A stretch of DNA of 64,000 nucleotides from Utricularia gibba. Taxonomy: Eukaryota > Plantae > Magnoliophyta. The translations under genes and the position numbers were made by a program. The notes under the pieces are model-generated. The model ran no database searches, was not told where the DNA came from, and saw only the letters and a list, made by a program, of their open reading frames with translations. The number at the start of each line of letters is the position of its first letter. Position 1 is the first letter of the stretch. Location: NCBI GenBank assembly GCA_002189035.1, contig NEEC01000026.1:372001-436000 (forward strand), read 5' to 3'. Below, piece by piece: positions 22,900 to 35,758 of this stretch.

Positions 22900-24745
22900 T
22901 TGGAGGGTCAGATCAAATAATTCAGATTAAATTCACCAGATTCTAGACAAACTAAATATAACTTCAATACAATCATATTTACTAAATACATGATCCTATT
23001 ATGTATCATATTGGCATGTTTGGATGTGTGTAATACATGCTAATGAGTTGAACTGTGGAACAATGGAAATTTTGACAAGTGAATTACCATGGTATCTAAA
23101 TGAGATTTGAATGCAAAACTCGAGCATGATTATCAAATGGCATTATATGTGGGGTAATGATAACCAATTCTTATTTAAGTGTATTGTTAAGGAAGTTTAA
23201 TTTTTCTATACATGGGTTTCAACATTGTCACTTGGTGTTTTATATACTACACAACTGAAATAATTAACATATTGTGCAATATATTTAGATGACTTTCTAA
23301 AAGACATGCAAATGCTTCGAACAATATAAGTAGGAGGCACAAAGGCATAGAACTAATAGATATTTATTAGAGTACATAGTTCATCAAAAGTATGAAGAAA
23401 TATTGATATAAAGACTAATGCTTACATGCATATCGTACAACTCAAGGAACAATGAATACATTGAGGAATATCATACCTTACATTCAATATAAATAAGAAT
23501 AGTTAATGAACAAGATTAGACTTTTGAATGTGGAATCTGGAAAATTCATAATTATCCATGTTGATGCTCAAATGACAAATATTTCATTACTATTAATGTA
23601 ATTAGATAATTAAAGAATTATATGCACTTGACATTTAAATTTCATGGTTATCATCAATTCAAGTGGGTATACTACATAAGACAAATAAATATTACCTAAG
23701 TTATGGATATCACATATCAACATAATGCTCATTCAATACGAGATAAGAGCCAATGAGAACAATTCATATTTGAGTTATTCTTATATATATCATAAATAAG
23801 AACTATGTTAGGTAGTGGCAAAATGATAGGATACAAGGGTTTTACTGATTTCCAATAGTACAAAAAATTAAAGAAGAATAATGCTCATACAAGGGATGAA
23901 CCATAACAAACAATATGAGAAACTAGAAAAGACGATATTATTCCAACTACATTTGCAATCAATTCTCACAACCCAGCATATAGGCATTCGTTGTTTTATG
24001 GAGAACATTATACTAATAGCAAATACACCTACAGTGCACAAGTGTTTTTATCACTTTTACAATATAACTAATATTAGAATGTAAATTTTTCGATGGCTGG
24101 AGAGACCTTACCTTTCCGTATAATATATAGCTTTGAAAGAGTTTGTAGTTCCCACTAGTATTTTAAGTGATCAAAAAAATTTAAAATTATTTGCACAGTT
24201 GATTCATAACTTGATTAATAACTTATGATGCACCAAAAACAGAGTTTTGCACACCTAGTAGTAAAAGAAAATTGACATTGAGCATAGTAAAATTTTTACA
24301 ATATAACTAATAATAGAATGTAAATTTTTCGATGGCTGGAGAGACCTTACCTTTCCGTATAATATATAGCTTTGAAAGAGTTTGTAGTTCCCACTAGTAT
24401 TTTAAGTGATCAAAAAAATTTAAAATTATTTGCACAGTTGATTCATAACTTGATTAATAACTTATGATGCACCAAAAACAGAGTTTTGCACACCTAGTAG
24501 TAAAAGAAAATTGACATTGAGCATAGTAGATAAATGAAACAATTAAGTAAAAAATGATGCACTAGTTTGCACCTTGCACACTTTTAACCATGATGATATA
24601 TATTAAGAAATCTCAAATCTTTATAAAGCATTCACTCTAGTTCAATGTAGTCCAAGAATGTTTATAGATCATTGAGAACCTATTCAATTGATGGTATGGA
24701 AGAGCTGGCTTGAACACTAAATCGAAAAATTAATGAATTGGAGGG
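22900..24745 (+). mobile_element. Heavily decayed Ty1/copia pol (RT-RNase H) remnant; limits approximate
   Basis: Only weak motif echoes: TR.D...FAIN...RH near 23920, GIL..Q near 23660, and a LFTK-like stretch near 24620. Purine tract GGAGGGAG at 24739. Confidence 0.35.
24055..24528 (+). repeat. Near-perfect tandem duplication, period 239 bp
   Basis: TTTTACAATATAACTAAT...GAGCATAGTA occurs at 24055 and 24294. I saw one substitution (TAATATT vs TAATAAT). Confidence 0.93.
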
Positions 24746-24769
24746 AGCCTTCAATTATTGGCTACTAGA

Positions 24770-25331
24770 TGTAAATCAGCACAAAAATTCAAATCGGCTA
24801 AAATAGAGCAGAGACAATAGACTGACCTACGAACAATAAATTGGCTCGAAGGTTCTTGACAACTATGCTACAACCCTAAAGGGAATAGAAAAAGGATAGT
24901 GACAGCCTACAACAACTAACAAGTAGTAGACATGATCACCGACCTGTAGGAATTTAGAGCAGGCGATGGTTACCAGCCTAGGAGACCATCGTCAAAATCA
25001 AGCAAATCTTACCAAGTGCAAAAACCAGTAGGCCTCTCAGAATTGGTAGGCCAAGAGCTTTTTGTAAAAAGGGGCACAATTCTAGAAATATCCATTTTGC
25101 ACTACATAACCCTCCTGCAACCCTCTCCCTTTCCTCCTAGTGAAATTTATTTCCCCAGCTCCGTGATTTTCTGTTATGGCAGTTTCCACATAAAAACTCT
25201 TGGTGTCCTTGTGCTTATCTTTACGCTAACCGGAATCAGAAATCCAAAATCGGAAAATCAAACCCGATAATATGATCAATTTTAGACACTCAAATTCGGT
25301 CTTCACATTTAACCGATTTTATACAACAACA
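24770..25331 (+). mobile_element. Possible Tat-like solo LTR
   Basis: TG...ACAACA ends, and the internal motif CCGTGATTTT...GGCAGTTTCCACATAAAAA shared with the LTR at 9300-9340. No TSD. Confidence 0.35.
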
Positions 25332-28300
25332 TTAATAAACTAAAAATCAACCAAATAAATGAACTCAATGTCTATAAGATCAACTTTTGCGTGATTTGAA
25401 GATCATCTATAATTTTGGATAAAGAATATAATAATTAAACTTAAAAAACATAATATGAGCATGATACTTATATTTTCATTAGTTTTTTATCGTAGCGTAC
25501 ACAAATTGAAACATTCCATTTAGAATATATTGAAGGATATTACCTCTTGAATGAATGTGTTAAGAAATTTTTATTGCAAATTAACTAACACAAGGAGTGT
25601 CATTCCCAAAAAAATAACCACCAATCATCTTTAAATTTGACTAATAGAAAAGCAATATAAAATGAAAAAATTTGAAAAATCACATCATTATAAGTAATCA
25701 TAGAAATAAAGTAGTATTTAGTGTAATAAAAAAATCTAAAACATCTTTTTGAAAAAATCTACCTCTTTTTTTTTCAAACTTGATCAGATACAAGTAATTT
25801 TAGTATCTTCTCTTTGCAACTCACGCATTCTTCTAGTGACATGGAACACTTTATCTTAGATAGAATCCATCTTATTTTTATGTATAAGATCATACTGAAA
25901 TTTAGGATTGAAGAATTAGATTGCTGTATAAATATTCCTTTTTAGTTGTACATCTCAATGTCATTTCATGGTTGAACTATAAAAAAAATAAAATGCTCAG
26001 TTATATCTAAAAAATAACATTTATTATTTTCTTAATCCTTTTTATGCCTAGTTAGATATACCAACTGAAACTTTATAATCATCATCAACAATTTTCATCA
26101 ACCTAATGAGTAGCTTTGTTATTTTCACAATAATGTAGAAATCACATTAAAAGTTTTTATTATTTTAACCAATGTGAAGTCATTGCCAATATCCTTAGTA
26201 GATAAATAAAAAGTTTTCAAATTTCAGATATAATGCAATGCTTGTGAGTCTATTTTCCTCTTTAAAAAACTATCAAGTGCTATGATAGTTAATGAAAATA
26301 TCATGTTAAATAATTTTACTCCATAATCATACAAGAAAAAAACTATGACCATAAACAAACTTTGCACATGCAGTTTTTTGAGATTCTGACATGCAAGAAA
26401 AATGTTGTATGTGTGGTTCCCTCAACTTGGTGGCTTCCCTTTCTTTCTTTCTGTTCCTCCCAGAAGTCCACTTGAATTCTGCACTGAAATCAAGGTCTCT
26501 TGCATCGAAAGAATGTAAGTGTATCAACTAGAAACACAATATAATTAAACAATGGTCCCCAACTATAATTCCATATTTCAATCATTATGAAATATGGAAT
26601 TTTGTATCAAATAAAATTTATAAATCCTAATATACATGAATCTACAAATCCAAAGAAATATATAATGTTTTGAAATTGAATTCAAGTAGTTGATGCTTAT
26701 GCGTACTAATTCATACATTTCTAAGATCAAATACAATTTTTAATTTTACTTAAGACAATCATCAATTCGATAACAACTATGAAACTAAAAATAAAGAGAT
26801 AGAATGTTTCAAGCTCTAACTTAAATAATCTAAATGTGATATTGATAAACGAAAATTTTGAATGTCGTTGCAATAAAATTAAATTTTCTTATCAAATAAA
26901 TTTATAAGCCCTAATCTTCATAAAATACAAATAAAACATTAATTACATAGTGGAATTTCAGGGTTGATCACAAAGAGCAAATGCTTGCTATATGTATTAG
27001 CCTTTGCAGGATCACAGAATGATTTTAATTTTACTCTAAGGTCGAACTAACAACACTACACAAATTCAATAAGGTTGAGTTATAGAGCAGAAGGTAACAG
27101 GTACTGGTTATACTAAGATGCCTCAAGGATATATAAGTGATGTGGTACTAAGGTCTTTAATTTAATTTACAAGAATTCTATACTTACAACTCAAAACAAT
27201 CTAAGTTTACCCATGTTGTTTCTCATGTTTTTTTGTTGATAGTCCCTAATGTCATCATTAATCCCACACTTAGGTATATCCAAATGCGAAATATATAGAA
27301 CTAGGTCTACCGGCTCTATTGTTTTACCCAAGACTAACACTTGCTATCCCCACCTTGATTTGTTGGTCTACCTCTAAATCAAGCATCTAAGTTGTGAAAT
27401 TGTTCGTTTATCCCCTTAGGTCTACTAAGAAATGATACAAACAAAAGCTAAGATACAACGATCAATTATCTTATGAACCCTAATCCACGTCACCTATCCA
27501 CACCTTAAGGAATCTCTAAAGTCTAGCTGCTCATGTATGAAAAATAAAGCATGATATCATTAATATAAAGTGACAAAAATATCAGAAATATCGTTAAAAA
27601 GTTAGTCATAGAAATTAGAAATATTCAGCAAACTAAAATAAAGTTGAAATAGTTCTGATTCATATCTGCTACTATTTACAATCCAGAACAATAGCATTGA
27701 ACTAGATCTAGTAGCATTGAACTAGATCTTGATGATGTTCTTTAGGTTGGAAAGTATTCTTCTTGAAAATCTCCTTCTTCTTCTTTATGGTTCATTCTGT
27801 TGAAGGAGCTCCCTACGTGTGTGTTCTTCATTCAAATTCCCTCCCTCCATTTCCCTAAGCAAGTACAATTTTCTAACAGTATTGCTGCTCCTGCCCCCTA
27901 ACTTGCAGTCTATTGTGGTGGAAGTGCACTCACTATCTCCTATTTTTATGTTGCTCAATCTGTTAAATAGTTGTTTACACGAAATTCCTATCTTCTCCCC
28001 TGATTTTTTAAATTTGCTACTAGACTCAAAAAGGGTTAGTAGCATAGAATGGCCTAAATCAAAATATTTAGCCTCCAGCTATTGATGAAAAAGCATGATT
28101 TGAAATGCCAAAAAATCATTTATCAAAGACAACATCCATCAAATGTAATCATCAAGTATTAGTTTTTTGCTATAGTATGTGAGATCTCTAACAATAGAAT
28201 GCTTAGAATCATTGATTGCATGAATTGAGAGTGCAAAAATTGTCATGTTGTATAGTAGGGTCAATTTAAAATGTAGAGATCATACAAATCTTCACTCATT

Positions 28301-28883
28301 TTAGAAGTGAGGTTGATAAATGGAAATTTTTAATATCGTTGCAGAAGAGAATAAATTCCCAAATCAAATAAAATTATAAGTTCTAATTTTCACAAAATAC
28401 AAATTCAACACAAATTGTATAATGGATTTTTGAGTCGATCACAAGAAGCACGTGCTTGCAATGTATTTTTCGGGATGCAGAATTCAAAATAAATTGTATT
28501 ATTAATCCAAGACCAAATTAATAATGGTACGCAAGTTTAATAACTAAAATCAAATCTCATTGCAGAAAATTAAAAGTTCAGATTCTAAGCAAAAAAATAA
28601 AACTCAAATATCTTAAAATGGTTCAGGTGATGTAGTGTTCAAGTTTTTAATCTAATTTACAATTTGTCTATATGCATAATCTAAATAACCGAAGTCTACT
28701 CAAGTTGTTATTCGTATTCGTAAATGAAAAATTGTGCAACATCATTAAATTACAAATTCTACTATCAAATAAAATTTATAAATCTAATTAACAACCAATC
28801 ATACAAAAATATGAGCATAATAGATCGGAATCCAACACAAGGAGTTAGATGCTTATTGTGTGAAGATTGATGCATATTGTTTT

Positions 28884-29782
28884 TGTCACGGTTAAGAGAT
28901 TTAGTTTAATTTAAGATTAAGACAGTTCGACGGCAATATGTAAAAAGACAATAAACGGGTAAAATAAGATCTTTATCTAAAATAAAAAAAGGTAATATCT
29001 TGCGATACTCAGGGATAGCTTGTTAATCACAACAATTATCCCTTTTATATCTAAAATTTTTCAGCTAACGAAATGCTCAAGTCTAATCAAACCCTTGTTT
29101 TTTCCTAATTTTTTTATCTACCTCTAATTAGAAATGTTTACGATGAAAACCACTATCTCCCCCTACTCGATCTATCCTAGTTTGTTAAGAAAATAAAATG
29201 ATTAACTGATAGTGTGATCTAGTGCACAATAAGGCACCTCTAAGTGCTTAGCTACTCATATTAAAGGAAAATAAAATACTTTCATAACATATAAAGATCA
29301 TCTTTATTCCATAGATAAAAAAGCAATGAAAGAAATAATAAAATAAGCAATAACTAAAATCATAAACAGTTGTATGAAAATGCTAAAACTATTTTGAACT
29401 AGGAGTAAAGTTTTTCATAAACAAAACAAGTCTTTAAAAGAGGGGTTGGTTCCTGATTCATCTTATTCATTTTTCCAATGAGTTTTTCCCCTAGATCTCC
29501 CCCATAGAAATCTGTTGTGTTTTTCCCAAAATCTTGGAGATATTTTTTTTCTTTCCATCTTGTCTTCTTTTTATCCTAAAATCTTCCTTTTTCGTCTCCT
29601 TACATTTTGTGTCCTTTTCAGCCTTGGACATTATCTTCTACCATTTCACTATTCACGTCCAACTCTTGGGGATTCGCATTATAGAAAACGTGCTGCATTG
29701 CTCATCAAGACTAATACATATTATTCTCATCTTAATTTATTAATCTACCTCTAAGTCAAGCCTTTGAGCTAGACTGCTATCT
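28884..29782 (-). mobile_element. Possible decayed gypsy LTR into which the hAT inserted
   Basis: Layout resembles the 10540-11600 minus-strand LTR. Termini are not resolved. Confidence 0.3.
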
Positions 29783-29790
29783 GTTTCCCC

Positions 29791-32442
29791 TAATGTTGTG
29801 CATGGGTCGAGTCCCAACAAGTTCAAGTTCAACTCATCGAGTCAATCTGAATCATCATCATCATCATTAGCCTCATCACTGGTAGTAATATTCCGCAACC
29901 TTATTTCTACTTGCATCCAATCTTTTAGGCAAATGCAAGCCTCTAATGTTTCAGTTGATAGGCTAAATCGATGTGGTGTAAGAACCCTACCACATGCACT
30001 AAAAGCACTCTCTGATGTAGGTGGTGTTAGGATATCTTTTTCTAATCTAGCTAAAGTTGGATAAAGGAATGTTTGATTCTTCCACCAACCAAGTATGTCA
30101 AAGTTTTCTCCCTTCTTTCCATGCAATTGTTGCATTGCATTGTATAATGCAACATCATTTACTTTAATAGTCATATTTGTGCAAGATGAAACTTGCACCA
30201 TAGAGCAATAATTATCAATGGCCGCAGCCCCGTTATCATTATCATCACCTATTAGTCCACCTCCACCACTTGAACTACCATATTCAATTTCATATAATTC
30301 ATATAAATGATCTAAAGCATCACAAGCATTTTTAAAAAGTCTATCAGCATCTAAAGTAAAATTAGGTACTTGAAGAAAATTATAAAAATTGCAAAATATT
30401 TTCAAACCATTTTGTAAACCAGATTTTTTCACTCTCGGATTAAGAATATTTGCAACAAGAAATAATGTAGGAATAGTTTCATAATATTTAAAAAAATTTA
30501 AAATCATCTCATGTATAATATCACAAACAATAGAATTAGTATATTATTTTTTTAAAAACTACTGTGATATCAACCAAAGCTAACAAAACTAAATGAGTTA
30601 TAAGATAATAAACACCACTAAATAATTCCATATGTCTATGAAATGTACTCATATAATTAATCAGAATATTTATTTTTTCAAAATCAGAAGCAAATAATTG
30701 AATATTTAAATCAGAGTTCATTACTAAAAAGATCTCCACAATATCTTGATACGGCAACACATAATACAATATAATAAGAATAGAATTTCACCTAGCTAGC
30801 AAATCTTCTTTCAAACTTTGAAAAGGAATATTGTTCACTTGATACAAACATTTAAAAGCATCTCTTTTTGTAGTTCTAACTTTTAAAGTAGAAACTAATT
30901 TACAAATATCAACAACTAAAACATTCAACATAGGAAGTTTCAAGGCATCTTGTACACACAAATTTAATATATGGCAAATGCATCTAGAATGAAAAAATAC
31001 ACCACTTATAATAGAATTCATAGAGTTTTCCAAATCACATATAGCATTTGCATTATTAGAAACATTATCAAGTGTAATAATAAAAACACAATTAAAAATA
31101 CCATATTCGCGACAAACATCATTAATAATCATAGCAATTTTTGATCCATTGTGATGAATATCAAAGTTTCTAAAGTCAACAATCCTCTTCTCAATGGTCC
31201 AATTACCATTAATCCATGTAATAGTCACAACAATATAATCTTCACCATTAATATTATGCCAACCATCACTAGTTAATGCAAAATTGCAATCCAAAGATTC
31301 AAATAAAGAAACTAATTCTTTTTTTTCGTTTTTCAAATTGATCTAACGCTATTCTAACAGCAGATCTTCTAGAAAAAGTAATAAATTGAGGTTGCATCTT
31401 CTTTGTAAAAAATAAAATTCATCATATATGGATTTTCAATATCAGAAAATAGTTTCTCACTAATAATTAAAGCAACTATATAATCAACTTGAGCATATTT
31501 CAAATCAAATGTAAATTTTTTCGAAATATTACCACCTACCACATTCAATTTCATTTGTTTGGAACAAATACTATATTTATCAAAATAAACTCTTTCAAGA
31601 TGACGTAAATAGTTAGAAGTGCTACCTCCCTTACCATATTTGTAGTTGGAAGCACAATAATTGAAAGTAGCCCTTCCTGTTTTTGAGTCATGTGTGAAGT
31701 GGTCATGCCAATCTATAGATCTTTCTTTAACCTTTCATTTAGTTGATGTTGTCGTCGATCCAGTAACTTCATTACAATTATCATCTTCTTCAATTTCATG
31801 AACAATATCATTGTTCATTTCTTCAGGTTGTTCAACATAATGATTTGAAGTATCATCCGTATGTAAAAAATAAAAAGATATATATTTGAATTCAACTTTT
31901 AAACCCACAAAAAATAAAAAAATATTGTTCTAAAATAACTAAAAACAAACAAAAGAACACAACTTTAATCGAAAAAATGCCATGATTTTTTCATAGAAAT
32001 CATGAAATACATCATACCGAAGCATTTGCCTTTTTTGAACTTGATTTTGAATGAGATACGTAGCGCAACATTTTTTGTCTTGAAAAACAAAAAAAAACGA
32101 GACAGAAATTAATAGAGAAACAGAGAATCGAAATGAAAGTCACTGTATAATGAGAAAATTTGAAGTAGAAATGGAGAATCGCAAATCGCACGAAGAATAG
32201 CTGCTAGGGTTTGAGCTTTGAGGTTTGAAAGCATGTAGGAAGTAAATGACTTGCAATTTTAGATCTGACCAATGGGAAAAGAAAATTTCCTTTTTTAATG
32301 CATCAACTGGCTGGGTTGACCCGAACCTGTCTAACCACGACCCGACTCACACCCGTCAAACACAGGTGCGAGTCAACTAATGGGTCGGTTACAGGTTGAC
32401 CCGGTGGATTGATGGATTGACCGGACTGGCTGCCCAACCCTA
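29791..32442 (-). mobile_element. hAT (Ac-like) DNA transposon, defective
   Basis: TIRs TAATGTTGTGCA and TAGGGTTGGGCA (reverse complement). 8-bp TSD GTTTCCCC / GTTTCCTC. Subterminal GACCCG/GGGTC repeats at 32310-32430. Confidence 0.88.
29842..31860 (-). pseudogene. hAT transposase (BED finger, catalytic core, dimerization domain), broken into four or more frames
   Basis: Motifs ALTSDGW, WTIEKRIVDF, ITLDNVSNN, HSRCICHILNLCVQD, ILNPRVK, DILGWWK...YPTLARLEKDIL, SESAFSACGRVL and LEACICLKDW. Confidence 0.9.
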
Positions 32443-33375
32443 GTTTCCTCCCTTAAGCCTACCCTAGAAATCTTATAAATAAAAACTAATGTACTCAATA
32501 GTAGATTATCTCATAAATCCTAAACAACATCACATTCTCACATTATCTAATAAAAACTAAGTCATTTCTAAATTTAGTTACTCATGTGTAATAAACAAAA
32601 CATAATCTCATCAAGATAAATTAAAAAAAATATTATAAACATTGTGAGATACACCGTCACAAAAACTAAATATTCAACAAACTAAAAATAAAGTAAAATA
32701 TTTTATTTTTTATCTACTATCGTTCACACCTTAGAACATTATTCCTAAATTTGGCAAAACACTTAAAATTACAAAATAAATACATAAAACATAATTAAAA
32801 AATCATAATTTTTGTATCTTAAAAATAGAAAAATTCATGTGTTATAAATACCATCAAAACTTCACTTCATTTCTTGTTGCATACTAAGAGGGCTGATCCC
32901 ATACTTTTTGCAAGTACAAGTTATCAACTGCTAATGATGATGATAGTACGAAGAGTAAACACCAATTTCTAAGCTGCAAACGGAGTAGCTTTTTGAACAT
33001 CCAGTGAAACATCACATTAACTTCCTTCATGCAAAATTAAGTAAATTTTCAAGAATTAATGACATCTTGTTGATGTGCTTCCTCCTACCAACGAGGACTC
33101 ATACAGAATACAGAGTTGAAACCAATTCAAAAGAGAGAGCTGAAAATTCAGAAATTAACCAGCCATTATAAACAGACGTTTTAGATTGATATCCATTCAA
33201 AAATTGCAGACCTACAAGGGGTTCGGTTCCCTCTTGACCACCCAGAATTGCTCATGGAGGAGAAGAAGCTTCTGCACAAAAGGAGGCCTGTTGATTCGTC
33301 TGAGACAAACTGGCTGTCCTTGTGGCCCGTGCTACCACACCACGCATCATGTGTCCAACAGATGACAGATGTTGT

Positions 33376-34104
33376 TTATGTACGGATGCACTTGAGGCCA
33401 TCACAAATCCATAACCAAACCAGAAACAAGATCAAACAGATGACCGCATCCAGAGACAGAATCAGCAGCACTTGTTTCTTCCAAGCTGCCTTTGCCTTCT
33501 GATGACCGCCATTCTTGTGTAGATCACGCGCTAAGCCAATCCCTTTTCCACCAGATTCACCACCAGTCCCCTCCTCACTCCTTCTCCCCCCAATCCTGAG
33601 CCCTGCGAGCAATCTCTTCTTCATCCTTGACAACCCGGTTTCAGCACTCTGCCATGGAGGTGATTCAAATTGCAAGTTTCCACTTCCGCTCATTCGACGT
33701 CCGCCCGGGGGACTCACTCCTCCCATGTGATCGAAACCCAGTCCCAAAAACCGCCGGAAAACTGGGTTGAATTCACCTTGGAAGCAATGGGAGCTCAGCC
33801 TTTCCAACCTCTTCTCCCCCCTGTAAAACTGCTCAAACGCGTCCCTCACGCTCTCAAGGAATGAAAACCCCTCTGAATTATCCATCTTTTCATCAAATAT
33901 TCCCAAGTAAACGAAGGGGGCATCGACCAGGAAACTATACGTCCTCGATCGGACAGTATGGGTAAAGCTGGCGTGCAAAGGTGGTGTTTTTTCCAGGCAT
34001 TTCGCAGCGACCGCCCCAAGAGCTGCATCCTGGGAGTTGAATTCTGACAACACAAGCGTCCCCCTCGCAATGCACGCGTAATATATCAGACTCGGGTCCA
34101 TCAT
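33376..34104 (-). CDS. PHYL: Phytolongin (longin domain plus C-terminal transmembrane helix, no SNARE motif), single exon
   Basis: N-terminal longin IYYACIARGTLVLSEF...FTHTVRSRTYSFLV; C-terminus KAKAAWKKQVLLILSLDAVICLILFLVWLWICDGLKC. Intact 242-aa ORF. Confidence 0.9.
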   Translation of the reverse strand: MMDPSLIYYACIARGTLVLSEFNSQDAALGAVAAKCLEKTPPLHASFTHTVRSRTYSFLVDAPFVYLGIFDEKMDNSEGFSFLESVRDAFEQFYRGEKRLERLSSHCFQGEFNPVFRRFLGLGFDHMGGVSPPGGRRMSGSGNLQFESPPWQSAETGLSRMKKRLLAGLRIGGRRSEEGTGGESGGKGIGLARDLHKNGGHQKAKAAWKKQVLLILSLDAVICLILFLVWLWICDGLKCIRT

Positions 34105-34371
34105 CGCCCCTATTCGGTTTCCCCAAAACGCATTCGATCAGGCGGCACAATACAATCGCGTCCGAAGAGAAGATAGGCATCAATGTCTAGGGTTCTTGAG
34201 GAAAGGAATCTCGCACAATGAGAAAGGAGACGACTTTGCCTTTTCCCCTTTTCTCCAATGAAGCAATTATTAGATTTACGAAAAAAACCTTGAAGGTCAA
34301 ATAAGCATATGAAGGAAGCCATTGTGGAGTGGAGTGGAAATTGATCACCGCTTCTTCTTTTGGTTTGGCTA

Positions 34372-35758
34372 ATGGCGAGGAAAATGATCCTGGTGACAGG
34401 GGCGTCCGGTTACTTAGGTGGCCGTCTTTGTCGCGCGCTTCTCCATCAGGGCTTCGCCGTCAGGGCATTCGTCCGCCGGACCAGCGACCTCTCTTCCTTG
34501 CCTTCGCCCACCGACGCCGGAGACCTCCAACTGGCCTTCGGCGATGTCACCGACTACCCATCTCTACTAGAAGCATTTTCCGGCAGCGACGTGGTCTTTC
34601 ACGCAGCTGCAGTCGTGGAACCCTGGATTCCCGATCCTTCACTATTCACCACCGTCAGCTCATTTTGAAGTTTTGTTCTCCCATGGTTGAATGAACTTTT
34701 ATAGACGTTTTAATTTGAGTTGATAATCTCGATCGCAGGTTAATGTTGGAGGATTGAGGAACGTCTTGAGGGCTTTTAAGGAGACCAAGTCGATCGACAG
34801 AATCGTCTATACGTCATCGTTTTTCGCTCTGGGTCCGACCGACGGTGCCGTGGCAGATGAATCTCAAGTACTGCTTTTTACTTGACTTTTCTTTCGCACC
34901 TGGAATCATTCCTGTGGTGATTTGTGTAGATGCCCTCCTGCAAAAGCTTTTGTACCGAGTATGAGAAATCGAAAGCTGTGGCTGATAGGATAGCATTGGA
35001 GGCCGCTGCCGAAGGAGTTCCCATAATCCCAGTTTACCCTGGAGTTATTTATGGTTCTGGGAAACTTACAACTGGAAATTTGGTCTCCCTTTTGGTAATG
35101 CACCTTGCGTCTTGGTATTTTTTTTCTGGATTCTTCCTGTTTGTCATCCGGAAAGAAAAAAGACTAGATTTCTACTGGTAATTTAGAGAAGATGAGTTTC
35201 TTCACTGTATCATTTTGGTGGTGTATCAATCAGCTAGTGGAACGATTCAATGGACGGCTACCAGGTTACATTGGTCAAGAAAAGGGATTTTCCTTCAGCC
35301 ATGTGGATGATGTGGTCCAGGGGCATATAGCAGCAATGACCAGGGCCGGCCTGGTGAACGATACCTTCTAACAGGAGACAATGCCTCCTTCAAAGACGTA
35401 TTCGATATTGCTGCTGTGATCACTGCAACATCCAAGCCCTGGTTTCGCATTCCCTTGGTTATGCTTCAAGTGTATGGGTGGTTATGTCTTCTTGTCTCCA
35501 GGATAACAGGGAAGCTTCCTCTTGTCAGTCCCCCAGTAAGCATACCTGAGCTTATCTCTCTGGTTTGGATTTTCAGATATTCCTTCATCTTTATTTATGT
35601 TTTCGTTTGCTCCCCAGACTGTTGAAGTTCTCCGGCATCAATGGGCGTACACTTGTGAGAAGGCAAGGAAAGAACTGGACTACAATCCTAGAAATCTAGA
35701 AGAAGGTCTCAAAGAGATGCTTCCATGGTTGAGGAACTTGGGCTTGATCAAATATTAG
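34372..35758 (+). CDS. FLDH: Farnesol dehydrogenase-like NAD(P)-dependent SDR (FLDH); exons 34372-34653, 34739-34867, 34930-35094, 35234-35535, 35618-35758; apparent -1 frameshift near 35347 giving TAA at 35369
   Basis: Motifs ILVTGASGYLG, AAVVEPWIPDP, YTSSFFALG, TEYEKSK (YxxxK), FSFSHVDDVV and RHQW.Y.CEKA. Exon 4 is 302 nt between phase-0 introns. Confidence 0.92.

Noticed and set aside
28046-28079. YFDLGHSMLL resembling the NRPS/PKS carrier motif FFxLGGHSLL
   Set aside because: Short, missing a Gly, with no adenylation or other context; likely chance.
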